Of a stretch of DNA of 64,000 nucleotides, positions 25,301 to 39,300 are shown piece by piece. A program made the position numbers and the translations under genes. The notes below the pieces were generated by a model. That model had not been told where the DNA came from, made no database searches, and worked only from the letters and a program-made list of their open reading frames with translations. The first letter of the stretch is position 1. The number at the start of each line of letters is the position of its first letter. The DNA is taken from the NCBI GenBank assembly GCA_964016885.1, contig OZ024744.1, positions 27,094,001 through 27,158,000 on the forward strand. The letters are read 5' to 3'. Source of the DNA: Eledone cirrhosa. Taxonomy: Eukaryota.

Positions 25301-28300
25301 AACCTTAGGGCCAGGGACACCAGAAGTCTCCACTGTTACGGCTAGGCATCTCAGTGCATGTGGTGGTAAGAAGGGTGGGAACCTTAGGTCCAGGGACACC
25401 AGAAGTCTCCACTGCTACGGTTAGGCATCTCAGTGCATGTGGTGGTAAGAAGGGAGGTAACCTTAGGGCCAATGACACCAGAAGTCTCCACTGCTACGGC
25501 TAGGCATCTCAGTGCATGTGGTGGTAAGAAGGGAGGTAACCTTAGGGTCAAGGACACCAGAAGTCTCCACTGCTACGGCTAGGCATCTCAGTGCATGTGG
25601 TGGTAAGAAGGCAGGTAACCTTAGGGCCAGGGACACCAGAAGACTCCACTGTTACGGCTAGGCATCTCAGTGCATGTGGTGGTAAGAATGGAGGTAACCT
25701 TAGGGCCAGGGACACCAGAAGTCTCCACTGTTACGGCTAGGCATCTCACTTCATGTGGTGGTAAGAAGGGAGGTAACCTTAGGGCCAAGGACACCAGAAG
25801 TCTCCACTGCTACGGCTAGGCATCTCAGTGCATGTGGTGGTAAGAAGGGAGGTAACCTTAGGGCCAGGGACACCAGAAGTCACCACTGCTACGGCTAGGC
25901 ATCTCAGTGCATGTGGTGGTAAGAAGGGAGGTAACCTTAGGGCCAGGTACACCAGAAGACTCCACTGTTACGGCTAGGAATCTCAGTGCATGTGGTGGTA
26001 AGAGGGAGGTAACCTTAGGGCCAGGGACACCAGAAGTCTCCACTGTTACGGCTAGGCACCTCAGTGCATGTGGTGGTAAGAGGGAGGTAACCTTAGGGCC
26101 AGGGACACCAGAAGTCTCCACTGTTACGGCTAGGCATCTCAGTGCATGTGGTGGTAAGAAGGGAGGTAACCTTAGGCCAAGGACACCAGAAGTCACCACT
26201 GCTACGGCTAGGCATCTCAGTGCATCTGGTGGTAAGAAGGGAGGTAACCTTAGGGCCAAGGACACCAGAAGTCTCCACTGCTACGGCTAGGCATCTCAGT
26301 GCATGTGGTGGTAAGACGGGAGGTAACCTTAGGGCCAGGTACAGCAGAAATCTCCACTGCTACGGCTAGGCATCTCAGTGCATGTGGTGGTAAGAAGGGC
26401 GGTAACCTTAGGGCCAGGGACACCAGAAGTCTACACTGTTACGGCTATGCATATCTGTGCATGTGGTGGTAAGAGGGGAGGTAACCTTAGGGACAGGGAC
26501 ACCAGAAGACTCCACTCTTACGGCTAGGCATCTCATTCATGTGGTGGTAAGAAGGGAGGTAACCTTAGGGCCAAGGACACCAGAAGTCTCCACTGCTACG
26601 GCTAGGCATCTCAGTGCATGTGGTGGTAAGAAGGGAGGTAACCTTAGGGCCAAGGACACCAGAAGTCTCCACTGCCATCGCTAGGCATCTCAGTGCATGT
26701 GGTGGTAAGAAGGGAGGTAACATTAGGGCCAGGGACACCAGAAGACTCCACTTTTACGGCTAGGAATCTCAGTGCATGTGGTGGTAAGAGAGAGGTAACC
26801 TTAGGGCCAGGGACGCCAGAAGTCTCCACTGTACGGCTAGGCATCTCAGTGCATGTGGTGGTAAGAGGGAGGTAACATTAGGGCCAGGGACACCAGAAGT
26901 CTCCACTGTTACGGCTAGGCATCTCAGTGCATGTGGTGGTAAGAAGGGAGGTAACCTTAGGCCAAGGACACCAGAAGTCACCACTGCTACGGCTAGGCAT
27001 CTCAGTGCACCTGGTGGTAAGAAGGGAGGTAACCTTAGGGCCAATGACACCAGAAGTCTCCACTGTTACGGCTAGGCATCTCAGTGCATGTGGTGGTAAG
27101 GAGGGAGATAACCTTAGGGCCAAGGACACAAGAAGTCTCCACTGTTACGGCTAGGCATCTCAGTGCATGTGGTGGTAAGAAGGGGGGTAACCTTAGGGCC
27201 AGGGACACCAGAAGTCTCCACTGTTACGGCTAGGCATCTCAGTGCATGTGGTGGTAAGGAGGGAGATAACCTTAGGGCCAAGGACACCAGAAGTCTGCAC
27301 TGTTACGGCTAGGCATCTCAGTGCATGTGGTGGTAAGAAGGGAGGTAACCTTAGGTCCAGGGACACCAGAAGTCTCCACTGCTACGGCTAGGCATCTCAG
27401 TTCATATGGTGTTTAGAAGGGAGGTAACCTTAGGGCCAGGGACACCAGAAGTCTCCACTGTTACGGCTAGGCATCTCAGTGCATGTGGTGGTAAGAAGGG
27501 AGGTAACCTTAGGGCCAAGGACACCAGAAGTCTCCACTGCTACGGCTAGGCATCTCTGTGCATGTGGTGGTAAGAAGGGAGGTAACCTTAGGGCCAGGGA
27601 CAGCAGAAGTCTCCACTGTTACGGCTAGGCATGTCAGTGCGTGTGGTGGTAAGGAGGGAGGTAACCTTAGGGCCAAGGACACCAGAAGTCTCCACTGTTA
27701 CGGCTAGGCATGTCAGTGCATGTGGTGGTAAGAAGGGAGGTAACCTTAGGGCCAGGGACACCAGAAGTGTCCACTGCTACGGCTAGGCATCTCAGTGCAT
27801 GTGGTGGTAAGAAGGGAGGTAACCTTAGGGCCAGGGACACCAGAAGTCTCCAGTGTTACGGCTAGGCATCTCAGTGCATGTGGTGGTAAGAAGGGAGGTA
27901 ACCTTAGGGCCAATGACACCAGAAGTCTCCACAGCTACGGCTAGGCATCTCAGTGCATGTGGTGGTAAGAAGGGAGGTAACCTTAGGGCCAAGGACACCA
28001 GAAGTCTCCACTGCTACGGATAGGCATCTCAGTGCATGTGGTGGTAAGAAGGGAAGGAACATTAGGGCCAGGGACACCAGAAGTCTCCACTGTTACGCCT
28101 AGGCATCTCAGTGCATGTGGTGGTAAGAAGGGAGGGAACCTTAGGGCCAGGGACACCAGAAGTCTCCACTGTTACGGCTAGGCATCTCAGTGCATGTGGT
28201 GGTAAGAAGGGAGGTAACCTTAGGGCCAGGGACACCAGAAGTCACCACTGCTACGGATAAGGATCTAAGTGCATGTGGTGGTAAGAAGGGAGGTAGCCTT

Positions 28301-31300
28301 AGGCCAAGGACACCAGAAGTCACCACTGCTACGGCTAGGCATCTCAGTGCATCTGGTGGTAAGAAGGGAGGTAACCTTAGGGCCAAGGACACCAGAAGTC
28401 TCCACTGTTACGGCTAGGCATGTCAGTGCATGTGGTGGTAAGGAGGGAGGTAACCTTAGGGCCAGGGACACCAGAAGTCTCCACTGTTACGGCTAGGCAT
28501 CTCAGTGCATGTGGTGGTAAGGAGGGAGATAACCTTAGGGCCAAGGACACCAGAAGTCTCCACTGTTACGGCTAGGCATCTCAGTGCATGTGGTGGTAAG
28601 AAGGGAGGTAACCTTAGGGCCAGGGACACCAGAAGTCTCCACTGCTACGGCTAGGCATCTCAGTGCATGTGGTGGTAAGAAGGAAGTAACCTTAGGGCCA
28701 GGGACACCAGAAGTCTCCACTGCTACGGCTAGGCATCTCAGTGCATGTGGTGGTAAGAAGGGAGGTAACCTTAGGTCCAGGGACACCAGAAGTCTCCACT
28801 GCTACGGCTAGGCATCTCAGTTCATATGGTGGTAAGAAGGGAGGTAACCTCAGGGCCAAGGACACCAGAAATCTCCACTGCTACGTCTAGGCATCTCAGT
28901 GCATGTGGTGGTAAGAAGGGAGGTAACCTTAGGGCCAGGGACACCAGAAGTCACCACTGCTACGGCTAGGCATCTCAGTGCATGTGGTGGTAAGAAGGGA
29001 GGTAACCTTAGGGCCAGGTACACCAGAAGACTCCACTGTTACGGCTAGGAATCTCAGTGCATGTGGTGGTAAGGGGGAGGTAACCTTAGGGCCAGGGACA
29101 CCAGAAGTCTCCACTGTTACGGCTAGGCATCTCAGTGCATGTGGTGGTAAGAAGGGAGGTACCTTAGGCCAAGGACACCAGAAGTCACCACTGCTACGGC
29201 TAGGCATCTCAGTGTATCTGGTGGTAAGAAGGGAGGTAACCTTAGGGCCAAGGACACCAGAAGTCTCCACTGTTACGGCTAGACATGTCAGTGCATGTGG
29301 TGGTAAGGAGGGAGATAACCTTAGGGCCAAGGACACCCGAAGTCTCCACTTTTACGGCTAGGCATGTCAGTGCATGTGGTGGTAATAAGGGAGGTAACCT
29401 TAGGGCCAAGGACACCAGAAGTCTCCACTGCTACGGCTAGGCATCTCAGTGCATGTGGTGGTAAGAAGGGAGGTAACCTTAGGGCCAGGGACAGCAGAAA
29501 TCTCCACTGCTACGGCTAGGCATCTCAGTGCATGTGGTGGTAAGAAGGGCGGTAACCTTAGGGCCAGGGACACCAGAAGTCTACACTGTTACGGCTATGC
29601 ATATCTGTGCATGTGGTGGTAAGAAGGGAGGTAACCTTAGGGACAGGGACACCAGAAGACTCCACTCTTACGGCTAGGCATCTCATTCATGTGGTGGTAA
29701 GAAGGGAGGTAACCTTAGGGCCAAGGACACCAGAAGTCTCCACTGCTACGGCTAGGCATCTCAGTGCATGTGGTGGTAAGAAGGGAGGTAACCTTAGGGC
29801 CAAGGACACCAGAAGTCACCACTGCTACGGCTAGGCATCTCAGTGCATGTGGTGGTAAGAAGGGAGGTAACCTTAGGGCCAGGGACACCAGAAGACTCCA
29901 CTTTTACGGCTAGGAATCTCAGTGCATGTGGTGGTAAGAGAGAGGTAACCTTAGGGCCAGGGACGCCAGAAGTCTCCACTGTTACGGCTAGGCATCTCAG
30001 TGCATGTGGTGGTAAGAGGGAGGTAACCATAGGGCCAGGGACACCAGAAGTCTCCACTGTTACGGCTAGGCATCTCAGTGCATGTGGTGGTAAGAAGGGA
30101 GGTAACCTTAGGCCAAGGACACCAGAAGTCACCACTGCTACGGCTAGGCATCTCAGTGCACTTGGTGGTAAGAAGGGAGGTAACCTTAGGGCCAATGACA
30201 CCAGAAGTCTCCACTGTTACGGCTAGGCATCTCAGTGCATGTGGTGGTAAGGAGGGAGATAACCTTAGGGCCAAGGACACAAGAAGTCTCCACTGTTACG
30301 GCTAGGCATCTCAGTGCATGTGGTGGTAAGAAGGGGGGTAACCTTAGGGCCAGGGACACCAGAAGTCTCCACTGTTACGGCTAGGCATCTCAGTGCATGT
30401 GGTGGTAAGGAGGGAGATAACCTTAGGGCCAAGGACACCAGAAGTCTCCACTGTTACGGCTAGGCATCTCAGTGCATGTGGTGGTAAGAAGGGAGGTAAC
30501 CTTAGGTCCAGGGACACCAGAAGTCTCCACTGCTACGGCTAGGCATCTCAGTTCATATGGTGTTTAGAAGGGAGGTAACCTTAGGGCCAGGGACACCAGA
30601 AGTCTCCACTGTTACGGCTAGGCATCTCAGTGCATGTGGTGGTAAGAAGGGAGGTAACCTTAGGGCCAAGGACACCAGAAGTCTCCACTGCTACGGCTAG
30701 GCATCTCTGTGCATGTGGTGGTAAGAAGGGAGGTAACCTTAGGGCCAGGGACAGCAGAAGTCTCCACTGCTACGGATAGGCATCTCAGTGCATGTGGTGG
30801 TAAGAAGGGAGGTAACCTTAGGGCCAGGGACACCAGAAGTCTACACTGTTACGGCTAGGCATATCAGTGCATGCGATGGTAAGAATGGAGGTAACCTTAG
30901 GGCCAGGGACACCAGAAGTCTCCACTGTTACGGCTAGGCATGTCAGTGCGTGTGGTGGTAAGGAGGGAGGTAACCTTAGGGCCAAGGACACCAGAAGTCT
31001 CCACTGTTACGGATAGGCATCTCAGTGCATGTGGTGGTAAGAAGGGAGGTAACCTTAGGGCCAGGAACACCAGAAGTCTACACTGTTACGGCTAGGCATA
31101 TCAGTGCATGCGGTGGTAAGAATGGAGGTAACCTTAGCGCCAGGGACACCAGAAGTCTCCACTGTTACGGCTAGGCATCTCAGTGCATGTGGTGGTAAGA
31201 AGGGGGGTAACCTTAGGGCCAGGGACACCAGCAGTCTCCACTGTTACGGCTAGGCATCTCAGTGCATGTGGTGGTAAGGAGGGAGATAACCTTAGGGCCA

Positions 31301-34300
31301 AGGACACCAGAAGTCTCCACTGTTACGGCTAGGCATCTCAGTGCATGTGGTGGTAAGAAGGGAGGTAACCTTAGGTCCAGGGACACCAGAAGTCTCCACT
31401 GCTACGGCTAGGCATCTCAGTTAATATGGTGTTTAGAAGGCAGGTAACCTTAGGGCCAGGGACACCAGAAGTCTCCACTGTTACGGCTAGGCATCTCAGT
31501 GCATGTGGTGGTAAGAAGGGAGGTAACCTTAGGGCCAAGGACACCAGAAGTCTCCACTGCTACGGCTAGGCATCTCTGTGCATGTGGTGGTAAGAAGGGA
31601 GGTAACCTTAGGGCCAGGGACAGCAGAAGTCTCCACTGCTACGGATAGGCATCTCAGTGCATGTGGTGGTAAGAAGGGAGGTAACCTTAGGGCCAGGAAC
31701 ACCAGAAGTCTACACTGTTACGGCTAGGCATATCAGTGCATGCGGTGGTAAGAATGGAGTTAACCTTAGCGCCAGGGACACCAGAAGTCTCCACTGTTAC
31801 GGCTAGGCATGTCAGTGCGTGTGGTGGTAAGGAGGGAGGTAACCTTAGGGCCAAGGACACCAGAAGTCTCCACTGTTACGGCTAGGCATGTCAGTGCATG
31901 TGGTGGTAAGAAGGGAGGTAACCTTAGGGCCAGGGACACCAGAAGTGTCCACTGCTACGGCTAGGCATCTCAGTGCATGTGGTGGTAAGAAGGGAGGTAA
32001 CCTTAGGGCCAGGGACACCAGAAGTCTCCAGTGTTACGGCTAGGCATCTCAGTGCATGTGGTGGTAAGAAGGGAGGTAACCTTAGGGCCAATGACACCAG
32101 AAGTCTCCACAGCTACGGCTAGGCATCTCAGTGCATGTGGTGGTAAGAAGGGAGGTAACCTTAGGGCCAAGGACACCAGAAGTCTCCACTGCTACGGCTA
32201 GGCATCTCAGTGCATGTTGTGGTAAGAAGGGAAGGAACCTTAGGGCCAGGGACACCAGAAGTCTCCACTGTTACGCCTAGGCATCTCAGTGCATGTGGTG
32301 GTAAGAAGGGAGGGAACCTTAGGGCCAGGGACACCAGAAGTCTCCACTGTTACGGCTAGGCATCTCAGTGCATGTGGTGGTAAGAAGGGTGGGAACCTTA
32401 GGTCCAGGGACACCAGAAGTCTCCACTGCTACGGTTAGGCATCTCAGTGCATGTGGTGGTAAGAAGGGAGGTAACCTTAGGGCCAATGACACCAGAAGTC
32501 TCCACTGCTACGGCTAGGCATCTCAGTGCATGTGGTGGTAAGAAGGGAGGTAACCTTAGGGTCAAGGACACCAGAAGTCTCCACTGCTACGGCTAGGCAT
32601 CTCAGTGCATGTGGTGGTAAGAAGGCAGGTAACCTTAGGGCCAGGGACACCAGAAGACTCCACTGTTACGGCTAGGCATCTCAGTGCATGTGGTGGTAAG
32701 AATGGAGGTAACCTTAGGGCCAGGGACACCAGAAGTCTCCACTGTTACGGCTAGGCATCTCACTTCATGTGGTGGTAAGAAGGGAGGTAACCTTAGGGCC
32801 AAGGACACCAGAAGTCTCCACTGCTACGGCTAGGCATCTCAGTGCATGTGGTGGTAAGAAGGGAGGTAACCTTAGGGCCAGGGACACCAGAAGTCACCAC
32901 TGCTACGGCTAGGCATCTCAGTGCATGTGGTGGTAAGAAGGGAGGTAACCTTAGGGCCAGGTACACCAGAAGACTCCACTGTTACGGCTAGGAATCTCAG
33001 TGCATGTGGTGGTAAGAGGGAGGTAACCTTAGGGCCAGGGACACCAGAAGTCTCCACTGTTACGGCTAGGCACCTCAGTGCATGTGGTGGTAAGAGGGAG
33101 GTAACCTTAGGGCCAGGGACACCAGAAGTCTCCACTGTTACGGCTAGGCATCTCAGTGCATGTGGTGGTAAGAAGGGAGGTAACCTTAGGCCAAGGACAC
33201 CAGAAGTCACCACTGCTACGGCTAGGCATCTCAGTGCATCTGGTGGTAAGAAGGGAGGTAACCTTAGGGCCAAGGACACCAGAAGTCTCCACTGCTACGG
33301 CTAGGCATCTCAGTGCATGTGGTGGTAAGACGGGAGGTAACCTTAGGGCCAGGTACAGCAGAAATCTCCACTGCTACGGCTAGGCATCTCAGTGCATGTG
33401 GTGGTAAGAAGGGCGGTAACCTTAGGGCCAGGGACACCAGAAGTCTACACTGTTACGGCTATGCATATCTGTGCATGTGGTGGTAAGAGGGGAGGTAACC
33501 TTAGGGACAGGGACACCAGAAGACTCCACTCTTACGGCTAGGCATCTCATTCATGTGGTGGTAAGAAGGGAGGTAACCTTAGGGCCAAGGACACCAGAAG
33601 TCTCCACTGCTACGGCTAGGCATCTCAGTGCATGTGGTGGTAAGAAGGGAGGTAACCTTAGGGCCAAGGACACCAGAAGTCTCCACTGCCATCGCTAGGC
33701 ATCTCAGTGCATGTGGTGGTAAGAAGGGAGGTAACATTAGGGCCAGGGACACCAGAAGACTCCACTTTTACGGCTAGGAATCTCAGTGCATGTGGTGGTA
33801 AGAGAGAGGTAACCTTAGGGCCAGGGACGCCAGAAGTCTCCACTGTACGGCTAGGCATCTCAGTGCATGTGGTGGTAAGAGGGAGGTAACATTAGGGCCA
33901 GGGACACCAGAAGTCTCCACTGTTACGGCTAGGCATCTCAGTGCATGTGGTGGTAAGAAGGGAGGTAACCTTAGGCCAAGGACACCAGAAGTCACCACTG
34001 CTACGGCTAGGCATCTCAGTGCACCTGGTGGTAAGAAGGGAGGTAACCTTAGGGCCAATGACACCAGAAGTCTCCACTGTTACGGCTAGGCATCTCAGTG
34101 CATGTGGTGGTAAGGAGGGAGATAACCTTAGGGCCAAGGACACAAGAAGTCTCCACTGTTACGGCTAGGCATCTCAGTGCATGTGGTGGTAAGAAGGGGG
34201 GTAACCTTAGGGCCAGGGACACCAGAAGTCTCCACTGTTACGGCTAGGCATCTCAGTGCATGTGGTGGTAAGGAGGGAGATAACCTTAGGGCCAAGGACA

Positions 34301-36399
34301 CCAGAAGTCTGCACTGTTACGGCTAGGCATCTCAGTGCATGTGGTGGTAAGAAGGGAGGTAACCTTAGGTCCAGGGACACCAGAAGTCTCCACTGCTACG
34401 GCTAGGCATCTCAGTTCATATGGTGTTTAGAAGGGAGGTAACCTTAGGGCCAGGGACACCAGAAGTCTCCACTGTTACGGCTAGGCATCTCAGTGCATGT
34501 GGTGGTAAGAAGGGAGGTAACCTTAGGGCCAAGGACACCAGAAGTCTCCACTGCTACGGCTAGGCATCTCTGTGCATGTGGTGGTAAGAAGGGAGGTAAC
34601 CTTAGGGCCAGGGACAGCAGAAGTCTCCACTGTTACGGCTAGGCATGTCAGTGCGTGTGGTGGTAAGGAGGGAGGTAACCTTAGGGCCAAGGACACCAGA
34701 AGTCTCCACTGTTACGGCTAGGCATGTCAGTGCATGTGGTGGTAAGAAGGGAGGTAACCTTAGGGCCAGGGACACCAGAAGTGTCCACTGCTACGGCTAG
34801 GCATCTCAGTGCATGTGGTGGTAAGAAGGGAGGTAACCTTAGGGCCAGGGACACCAGAAGTCTCCAGTGTTACGGCTAGGCATCTCAGTGCATGTGGTGG
34901 TAAGAAGGGAGGTAACCTTAGGGCCAATGACACCAGAAGTCTCCACAGCTACGGCTAGGCATCTCAGTGCATGTGGTGGTAAGAAGGGAGGTAACCTTAG
35001 GGCCAAGGACACCAGAAGTCTCCACTGCTACGGATAGGCATCTCAGTGCATGTGGTGGTAAGAAGGGAAGGAACATTAGGGCCAGGGACACCAGAAGTCT
35101 CCACTGTTACGCCTAGGCATCTCAGTGCATGTGGTGGTAAGAAGGGAGGGAACCTTAGGGCCAGGGACACCAGAAGTCTCCACTGTTACGGCTAGGCATC
35201 TCAGTGCATGTGGTGGTAAGAAGGGAGGTAACCTTAGGGCCAGGGACACCAGAAGTCACCACTGCTACGGATAAGGATCTAAGTGCATGTGGTGGTAAGA
35301 AGGGAGGTAACCTTAGGCCAAGGACACCAGAAGTCACCACTGCTACGGCTAGGCATCTCAGTGCATCTGGTGGTAAGAAGGGAGGTAACCTTAGGGCCAA
35401 GGACACCAGAAGTCTCCACTGTTACGGCTAGGCATGTCAGTGCATGTGGTGGTAAGGAGGGAGGTAACCTTAGGGCCAGGGACACCAGAAGTCTCCACTG
35501 TTACGGCTAGGCATCTCAGTGCATGTGGTGGTAAGGAGGGAGATAACCTTAGGGCCAAGGACACCAGAAGTCTCCACTGTTACGGCTAGGCATCTCAGTG
35601 CATGTGGTGGTAAGAAGGGAGGTAACCTTAGGGCCAGGGACACCAGAAGTCTCCACTGCTACGGCTAGGCATCTCAGTGCATGTGGTGGTAAGAAGGAAG
35701 TAACCTTAGGGCCAGGGACACCAGAAGTCTCCACTGCTACGGCTAGGCATCTCAGTGCATGTGGTGGTAAGAAGGGAGGTAACCTTAGGTCCAGGGACAC
35801 CAGAAGTCTCCACTGCTACGGCTAGGCATCTCAGTTCATATGGTGGTAAGAAGGGAGGTAACCTCAGGGCCAAGGACACCAGAAATCTCCACTGCTACGT
35901 CTAGGCATCTCAGTGCATGTGGTGGTAAGAAGGGAGGTAACCTTAGGGCCAGGGACACCAGAAGTCACCACTGCTACGGCTAGGCATCTCAGTGCATGTG
36001 GTGGTAAGAAGGGAGGTAACCTTAGGGCCAGGTACACCAGAAGACTCCACTGTTACGGCTAGGAATCTCAGTGCATGTGGTGGTAAGGGGGAGGTAACCT
36101 TAGGGCCAGGGACACCAGAAGTCTCCACTGTTACGGCTAGGCATCTCAGTGCATGTGGTGGTAAGAAGGGAGGTACCTTAGGCCAAGGACACCAGAAGTC
36201 ACCACTGCTACGGCTAGGCATCTCAGTGTATCTGGTGGTAAGAAGGGAGGTAACCTTAGGGCCAAGGACACCAGAAGTCTCCACTGTTACGGCTAGACAT
36301 GTCAGTGCATGTGGTGGTAAGGAGGGAGATAACCTTAGGGCCAAGGACACCCGAAGTCTCCACTTTTACGGCTAGGCATGTCAGTGCATGTGGTGGTAA
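22363..36399 (+). repeat. Tandem higher-order duplication, period 7014 bp (~89 monomers): 22363-29376 and 29377-36399
   Basis: Constant ORF offsets 22593/29607, 22780/29794, 25858/32872, 28141/35155, 28929/35943. The GGTAATAAGG variant sits at 22372 and 29386. The junction is confined to ~29377-29385. Confidence 0.93.
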
Positions 36400-39300
36400 G
36401 AAGGGAGGTAACCTTAGGGCCAGGGACACCCGAAGTGTCCACTGCTGCGGCTAGGCATCTCAGTGCATGTGGTGGTAAGAAGGGAGGTAACCTTAGGGCC
36501 AGGGACACCAGAAGTCTCCAGTGTTACGGCTAGGCATCTCAGTGCATGTGGTGGTAAGAAGGGAAGGAATCTTAGGGCCAGGGACACCAGAAGTCTCCAC
36601 TGTTACGGCTAGGCATCTCAGTGCATGTGGTGGTAAGAAGGGAGGTAACCTTAGGTCCAAGGACACCAGAAGTCTCAACTGCTACCTCTAGGCATCTCAG
36701 TGCATGTGGTGGTAAGAAGGGAGATAATCTTAGGGCCAGGGACAGCAGAAGTCTCCACTGCTACGGCTAGGCATCTCAGTGCATGTGGTGGTAAAGAGGG
36801 AGGTAACCTTAGGGCCAAGGACACCAGAAGTCACCACTGCTACGGCTAGGCATCTCAGTGCATGTGGTGGTAAGAAGGGAGGTAACCTTAGGGCCAGAGA
36901 CACCAGAAGACTCCACTGTTACGGCTAGGAATCTCAGTGCATGTGGTGGTAAGAGGGAGGTAACCTTAGGGCCAGGGACACCAGAAGACTCCACTGTTAC
37001 GGCTAGGCATCTCAGTGCATGTGGTGGTAAGAAGGGAGGTAACCTTAGGCCAAGGACACCAGAAGTCACCACTGCTACGGCTAGGCATCTCAGTGCATGT
37101 GGTGGTAAGAAGGGAGGCAACCTTAAGGCCAAGGACACCAGAAGTCTCCACTGTTACGGCTAGGCATGTCAGTGCATGTGGTGGTAAGGAGGGAGATAGC
37201 CTTAGGGCCAAGGACACAAGAAGTCTCCACTGTTACGGCTAGGCATCTCAGTGCTTGTGGTGGTCAGAAGGGAGGTAACCTTAGGGCCAGGGACACTAGA
37301 AGTCTCCACTGTTACGGCTAGGCATCTCAGTGCATGTGGTGGTAAGGAGGGAGATAACCTTAGGGCCAGGGACACCAGAAGACTCCACTGTTACGGCTAG
37401 GCATCCCAGTGCATGTGGTGGTAAACAGGGAGGTAACCTTAGGGCCAGGGACACCAGACGTCTCCACTGCTACGGCTAGGTATCTCAGTGCATGTGGTGG
37501 TAAGAAGGGAGGTAACCTTAGGTCCAGGGACACCAGAAGTCTCCACTGCTACGGCTAGGCATCTCAGTTCATATGGTGGTAAGAAGGGAGGTAACCTTAG
37601 GGCCAAGGACACGAGAAGTCGCCACAGTTACGGCTAGGCATCTCAGTGCATGTGGTGGTAAGAAGGGAGGTCACCTTAGGGCCAAGGACACCAGAAGTCT
37701 CCACTGCTACGGCTAGGCATCTCAGTGCATGTGGTGGTAAGAAGGGGGGTAACCTTAGGGCCAGGGACAGCAGAAATCTCCACTGCTACGGCTAGGCATC
37801 TCAGTGCATGTGGTGGTAAGAAGGGAGGTAACCTTAGGGCCAGGGACACCAGAAGTCTCCACTGTTACGGCTAGGCATCTCATTCATGTGGTGGTAAGAA
37901 GGGAGGTAACCTTAGGGCCAAGGACACCAGAAGTCTCCACTGCTACGGCTAGGCATCTCAGTGCATGTGGTGGTAAGAAGGGAGGTAACCTTAGGGCCAG
38001 GGACACCAGAAGACTCCACTTTTACGGCTAGGAATCTCAGTGCATGTGGTGGTAAGAGGGAGGTAACCTTAGGGCCAGGGACGCCAGAAGTCTCCACTGT
38101 TACGGCTAGGCATCTCAGTGCATGTGGTGGTAAGAGGGAGGTAACCTTAGGGCCAGGGACACCAGAAGTCTCCACTGTTACGGCTAGGCATCTCAGTGCA
38201 TGTGGTGGTAAGAAGGGAGGTAACCTTAGGCCAAGGACACCAGAAGTCACCACTGCTACGGCTAGGCATCTCAGTGCACCTGGTGGTAAGAAGGGAGGTA
38301 ACCTTAGGGCCAATGACACCCGAAGTCTCCAGTGTTACGGTTAGGCATCTCAGTGCATGTGGTGGTAAGGAGGGAGATAACCTTAGGGCCAAGGACACAA
38401 GAAGTCTCCACTGTTACGGCTAGGCATCTCAGTGCATGTGGTGGTAAGAAGGGGGGTAACCTTAGGGCCAGGGACACCAGAAGTCTCCACTGTTACGGCT
38501 AGGCATCTCAGTGCATGTGGTGGTAAGGAGGGAGATAACCTTAGGGCCAAGGACACAAGAAGTCTCCACTGTTACGGCTAGGCATCTCAGTGCATGTGGT
38601 GGTAAGAAGGGAGGTAACCTTAGGGCCAGGGACACCAGAAGTCTCCACTGTTACGGCTAGGCATCTCAGTGCATGTGGTGGTAAGAAGGGAGGTAACCTT
38701 AGGGCCAAGGACACCAGAAGTCTCCACTGCTACGGATAGGCATCTCTGTGCATGTGGTGGTAAGAAGGGAGGTAACCTTAGGGCCAGGGACAGCAGAAGT
38801 CTCCACTGCTGCGGATAGGCATCTCAGTGCATGTTGTGGTAAGAAGGGAGGTAACCTTAGGGCCAGGGACACCAGAAGTCTACACTGTTAAGGCTAGGCA
38901 TATCAGTGCATGCGGTGGTAAGAATGGAGGTAACCTTAGGGCCAGGGACACCAGAAGTCTCCACTGTTACGGCTAGGCATGTCAGTGCGTGTGGTGGTAA
39001 GGAGGGAGGTAACCTTAGGGCCAAGGACACCAGAAGTTTCCACTGTTACGGCTAGGCATGTCAGTGCTAGTGGTGGTAAGAAGGGAGGTAACCTTAGGGC
39101 CAGGGACACCAGAAGTGTCCACTGCTACGGATAAGGATCTAAGTGCATGTGGTGATAAGAAGGGAGGTAACCTTAGGCCAAGGACACCAGAAGTCACCAT
39201 TGCTACGGCTAGGCATCTCAGTGCATCTGGTGGTAAGAAGGGAGGTAACCTTAAAGCCAAGGACACCAGAAGTCTCCACTGTTACGGCTAGGCATGTCAG

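Larger units (their letters stand above)
10971..27355 (+). repeat. Higher-order duplication, period 8275 bp (~105 monomers): 10971-19080 and 19246-27355, separated by ~2 non-matching monomers
   Basis: Constant ORF offsets 11038/19313, 11640/19915, 13719/21994, 14505/22780, 17583/25858, 18603/26878. The rare variant CTGCCATCGCTAGG occurs at ~18397 and ~26672. The match is bounded by mismatches at 10970/19245 and 19081/27356. Confidence 0.92.
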
